Positions 61,390 through 64,000 of a DNA stretch of 64,000 bases are shown here, piece after piece. The notes beneath the pieces were generated by a model. That model had not been told where the DNA came from, did no database searches, and saw only the letters and a list, made by a program, of their open reading frames with translations. The position numbers were made by a program, and so were the translations under genes. The stretch comes from Eledone cirrhosa (Eukaryota): assembly GCA_964016885.1 (NCBI GenBank), contig OZ024741.1, positions 9,672,001 through 9,736,000 on the forward strand, given 5' to 3'. Position 1 is the stretch's first letter, and every line of letters begins with the position of its first letter.

Positions 61390-61820
61390 TATATATATAT
61401 ATTAATTAAAATAACAGATTAAAGATTAAAACATTGGGTTAAAGGAGGTTTAGTTAATGTGTTTATGGTCATAAGGTTCCAGTTTATCATGCTGTGATTT
61501 TTCGGCCAGTTTTGTCTGCATCCTTTCAATGGTTAGTACTTACTTATTGCTATGTTCGAACTGAAACATACTGACACTTATATACCTACCACTGTAGCCA
61601 CACTATTTAATTTCCTTTATCACAGGTAGTCCGTACGTTGCGTTGCCCCTAACTTAAAAACCTGAAATTTGACTGGTACACAAAATCTTGCAAAATATAC
61701 CCACTTTCTCAGACCACAGATTCATTAGATTTTTTCACAATTTATATCCGTGTTTTTTTGCTTACTTAAACGTTATTTGTCCACTATTTATCGTTGTCCC
61801 TGGTTAATTTTCTAAAAACA

Positions 61821-64000
61821 ATGCTCCCCAAGAAAAGAACTCTCATTGGTCGATTATCTAATGATACAAGTAGGTCTAAGCGAAGGTGTCTCACCAAAGA
61901 TGCAAATGCAACCGCGATCAGGCTCTCACAGAATGCTGTGCAGACGCCAGCTGCAAGAGCGGAGGAGGATGACAGTCGACGTGAACTTCGACGGAACAAA
62001 AGTGCTGCAAACGACTGCTGCTGCTCGCGCACGAGAGGATGAAGGACGACACGCCGTTCCACAAAGCAGGGACGCTGTTGCAACATTCGCTGCTCGCGCA
62101 CGAGAGGATGAAGGACGACACGCCGTTCCACAAAGCAGGGACGCTGCTGCAACATTCGCTGCTCGCGCACGAGAGGATGAAGGACGACACGCCGTTCCAC
62201 AAAGCAGGGACGCTGCTGCAACATTCGCTGCTCGCGCACGAGAGGATGAAGGACGACGCGCCGTTCGACGAAGCAGGGACGTCACTGCCACTGCTGCTGC
62301 ACGAAATACTGAAACCATAGAGCAACGACGTGGCCGACTTCTGCAAAGTGAACAGCGGTGATCATCGTTACGTGGCATTTCTAGGACTTGCAATTCACGA
62401 TGGTTGTTGAAGGCCTTTAACTACGAACCCTCCTCCGACTACGCCGTCCATGCAGATATTCAAATTGAGGAAATTACCTCTAATTGCCAGTTTTGTCGTA
62501 CAAAAAAGTGGCCAGGGGAGAGAGATGGAATGTGCTGTTCAAACGGTAAAGTTAGACTACCTCCTATTCACGACCCACCAGAGACATTGCAACCCCTTTT
62601 GACAGACACGACAGAGGAATCATCGAAGTTTCTGCGTAATATCCGCCGCTACAATTCCGCGTTTCAGATGACATCCTTCGGATCAAAGCTTGCCTCGGAA
62701 TGTGGGTTTATGCCAACTTTCAAGGTCCAGGGAAAGATCTACCATTTGATTGGGTCTATTCAGCCTCTGGCAGGAAATGATCCTCAATTTCTTCAGTTAT
62801 ACTTCGTTGGAAACCATCAGGAGCAGGCAGAGATGCGAAACACTATTTCGTCCGAAACTAACATTGTAACCATAATAAAACTTCAAGAAATACTTCATGA
62901 CAAAAACAGCTATGTTCGCAGTTTCAAGTACGCTTTCGAAACAGCCACCGACCAAAACTTTAGTGTGGTCATACATGCTGACAGAAGGCCATCTGGAGAA
63001 CACGCTGGTCGGTTCAACGCACCAACACGTAATGAGATTGCTGCGGTTAGTTGTGGTGAACAGCACAACAAGAGAGATATCATTCTAAAGCACCGAGACA
63101 TCACATTATAGTGTATCAATGAGACAGACAGGTCCTACGATGCACTCCAGTATCCATTGCTATTTGTCAACGGCGAGGACGGATACCATTTCGGCATTCC
63201 TCAACATTCGGCAGGCAATGGTGAGGCACATTTTAGCAAAATTGTCACTTGCATGGATTTCTACGCTTTCCGATTTATGGTAAGGGACAATTCATTCAAC
63301 CATCTACACCGTTCTCGTGACCTTTTCCAAAATTTGCTGTTGATATGGCCGTTAAAATGGAGTCCGAGAGATTATGGTTCATTAAATTAAAAGAAACTTC
63401 GATCTGAATGCTACATTCATCTACGCGATGGAATCAACAACGACATATCCCCAGACAATTTAGGGCAAGTGTGTATTTTGCCTTCAACATTCACAGGGGA
63501 ACCCGATACACGCACGAGAGGACTCAGGACAGCATGACTTACGTACGACATTATGGGCGCCCCGACCTTTTCATAACGTTTACATGCAATCCCAAGTGGA
63601 AGAAGATTACAAACGAACTGTTCCACGGTCAAGCGCCAAGACAGTGGCACGATCTCATAGCAAGAGTGTTTCGCCTGAAATTATCCAAATTAATGGATTT
63701 ATTAAAGAAAGGACAGGTTTTGGGGCCTGTCAGGTGCGACATGTACACGGTTGAATGGCAGAAACGAGGGCTGCCGCATGCCCATATCTTGATTTGGTTG
63801 GTTACAAAAATCAGTTCAAACTACATCGACAAATTCATTTCTGCCGAACTATCTGATCCCTCGATTGACAAGGACCTCTTCTCTATAGTCACATCAAACA
63901 TGGTCCATGGTCCTTGCAGACATGGACTCAATATGAAGTCCCCGTGCATACACGACGGAAAGTGTACAAAACGATATCCCAGGCCGTTTTTACAGGAAAC
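61821..64000 (+). pseudogene. Helitron Rep/helicase, disrupted and running off the window end
   Basis: C..C...KW..E..GMCCSNGKV.LP zinc motif, FLRNIRRYNSAFQMTSFG, YDALQYPLLF..GE.G, YGRPDLFITFTCNP.W, HUH motif VEWQKRGLPHAHIL, MVHGPC; stops at 62359 and 63109 plus frameshifts. Confidence 0.95.
62021..62300 (+). repeat. 69-bp coding tandem repeat (4 units) in the Helitron N-terminus
   Basis: AARAREDEGRHAVPQSRDAAATF repeated. Confidence 0.9.

Overview
AT-rich, microsatellite-saturated eukaryotic (non-microbial) DNA. The recurrent tRNA-derived SINE suggests a cephalopod such as Octopus (inference). Nearly all ORFs in the track are translations of simple repeats. Real protein-like signal is limited to decayed mobile elements: a Helitron Rep/helicase pseudogene (61.8-64 kb), RTE-type, CR1/L2-type and R4/Dong-type LINE fragments, and two Penelope-like (PLE) GIY-YIG C-terminal remnants. 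A few isolated unique islands may be host exons. The most striking signal is a dense set of type I hammerhead ribozyme (HHR) motifs: about 15 recognisable cores in several unrelated short element families, sitting in (TA)n tracts. They often form fold-back structures that turn inside ribozyme stem II, share a downstream TYGAGTRCT motif, and include a U3-A8 core variant. One is physically linked to a PLE endonuclease remnant. About 6.2 kb on either side of the 200-N gap is duplicated and is probably an assembly artefact. All folds and translations were done by eye; nothing was searched against databases.
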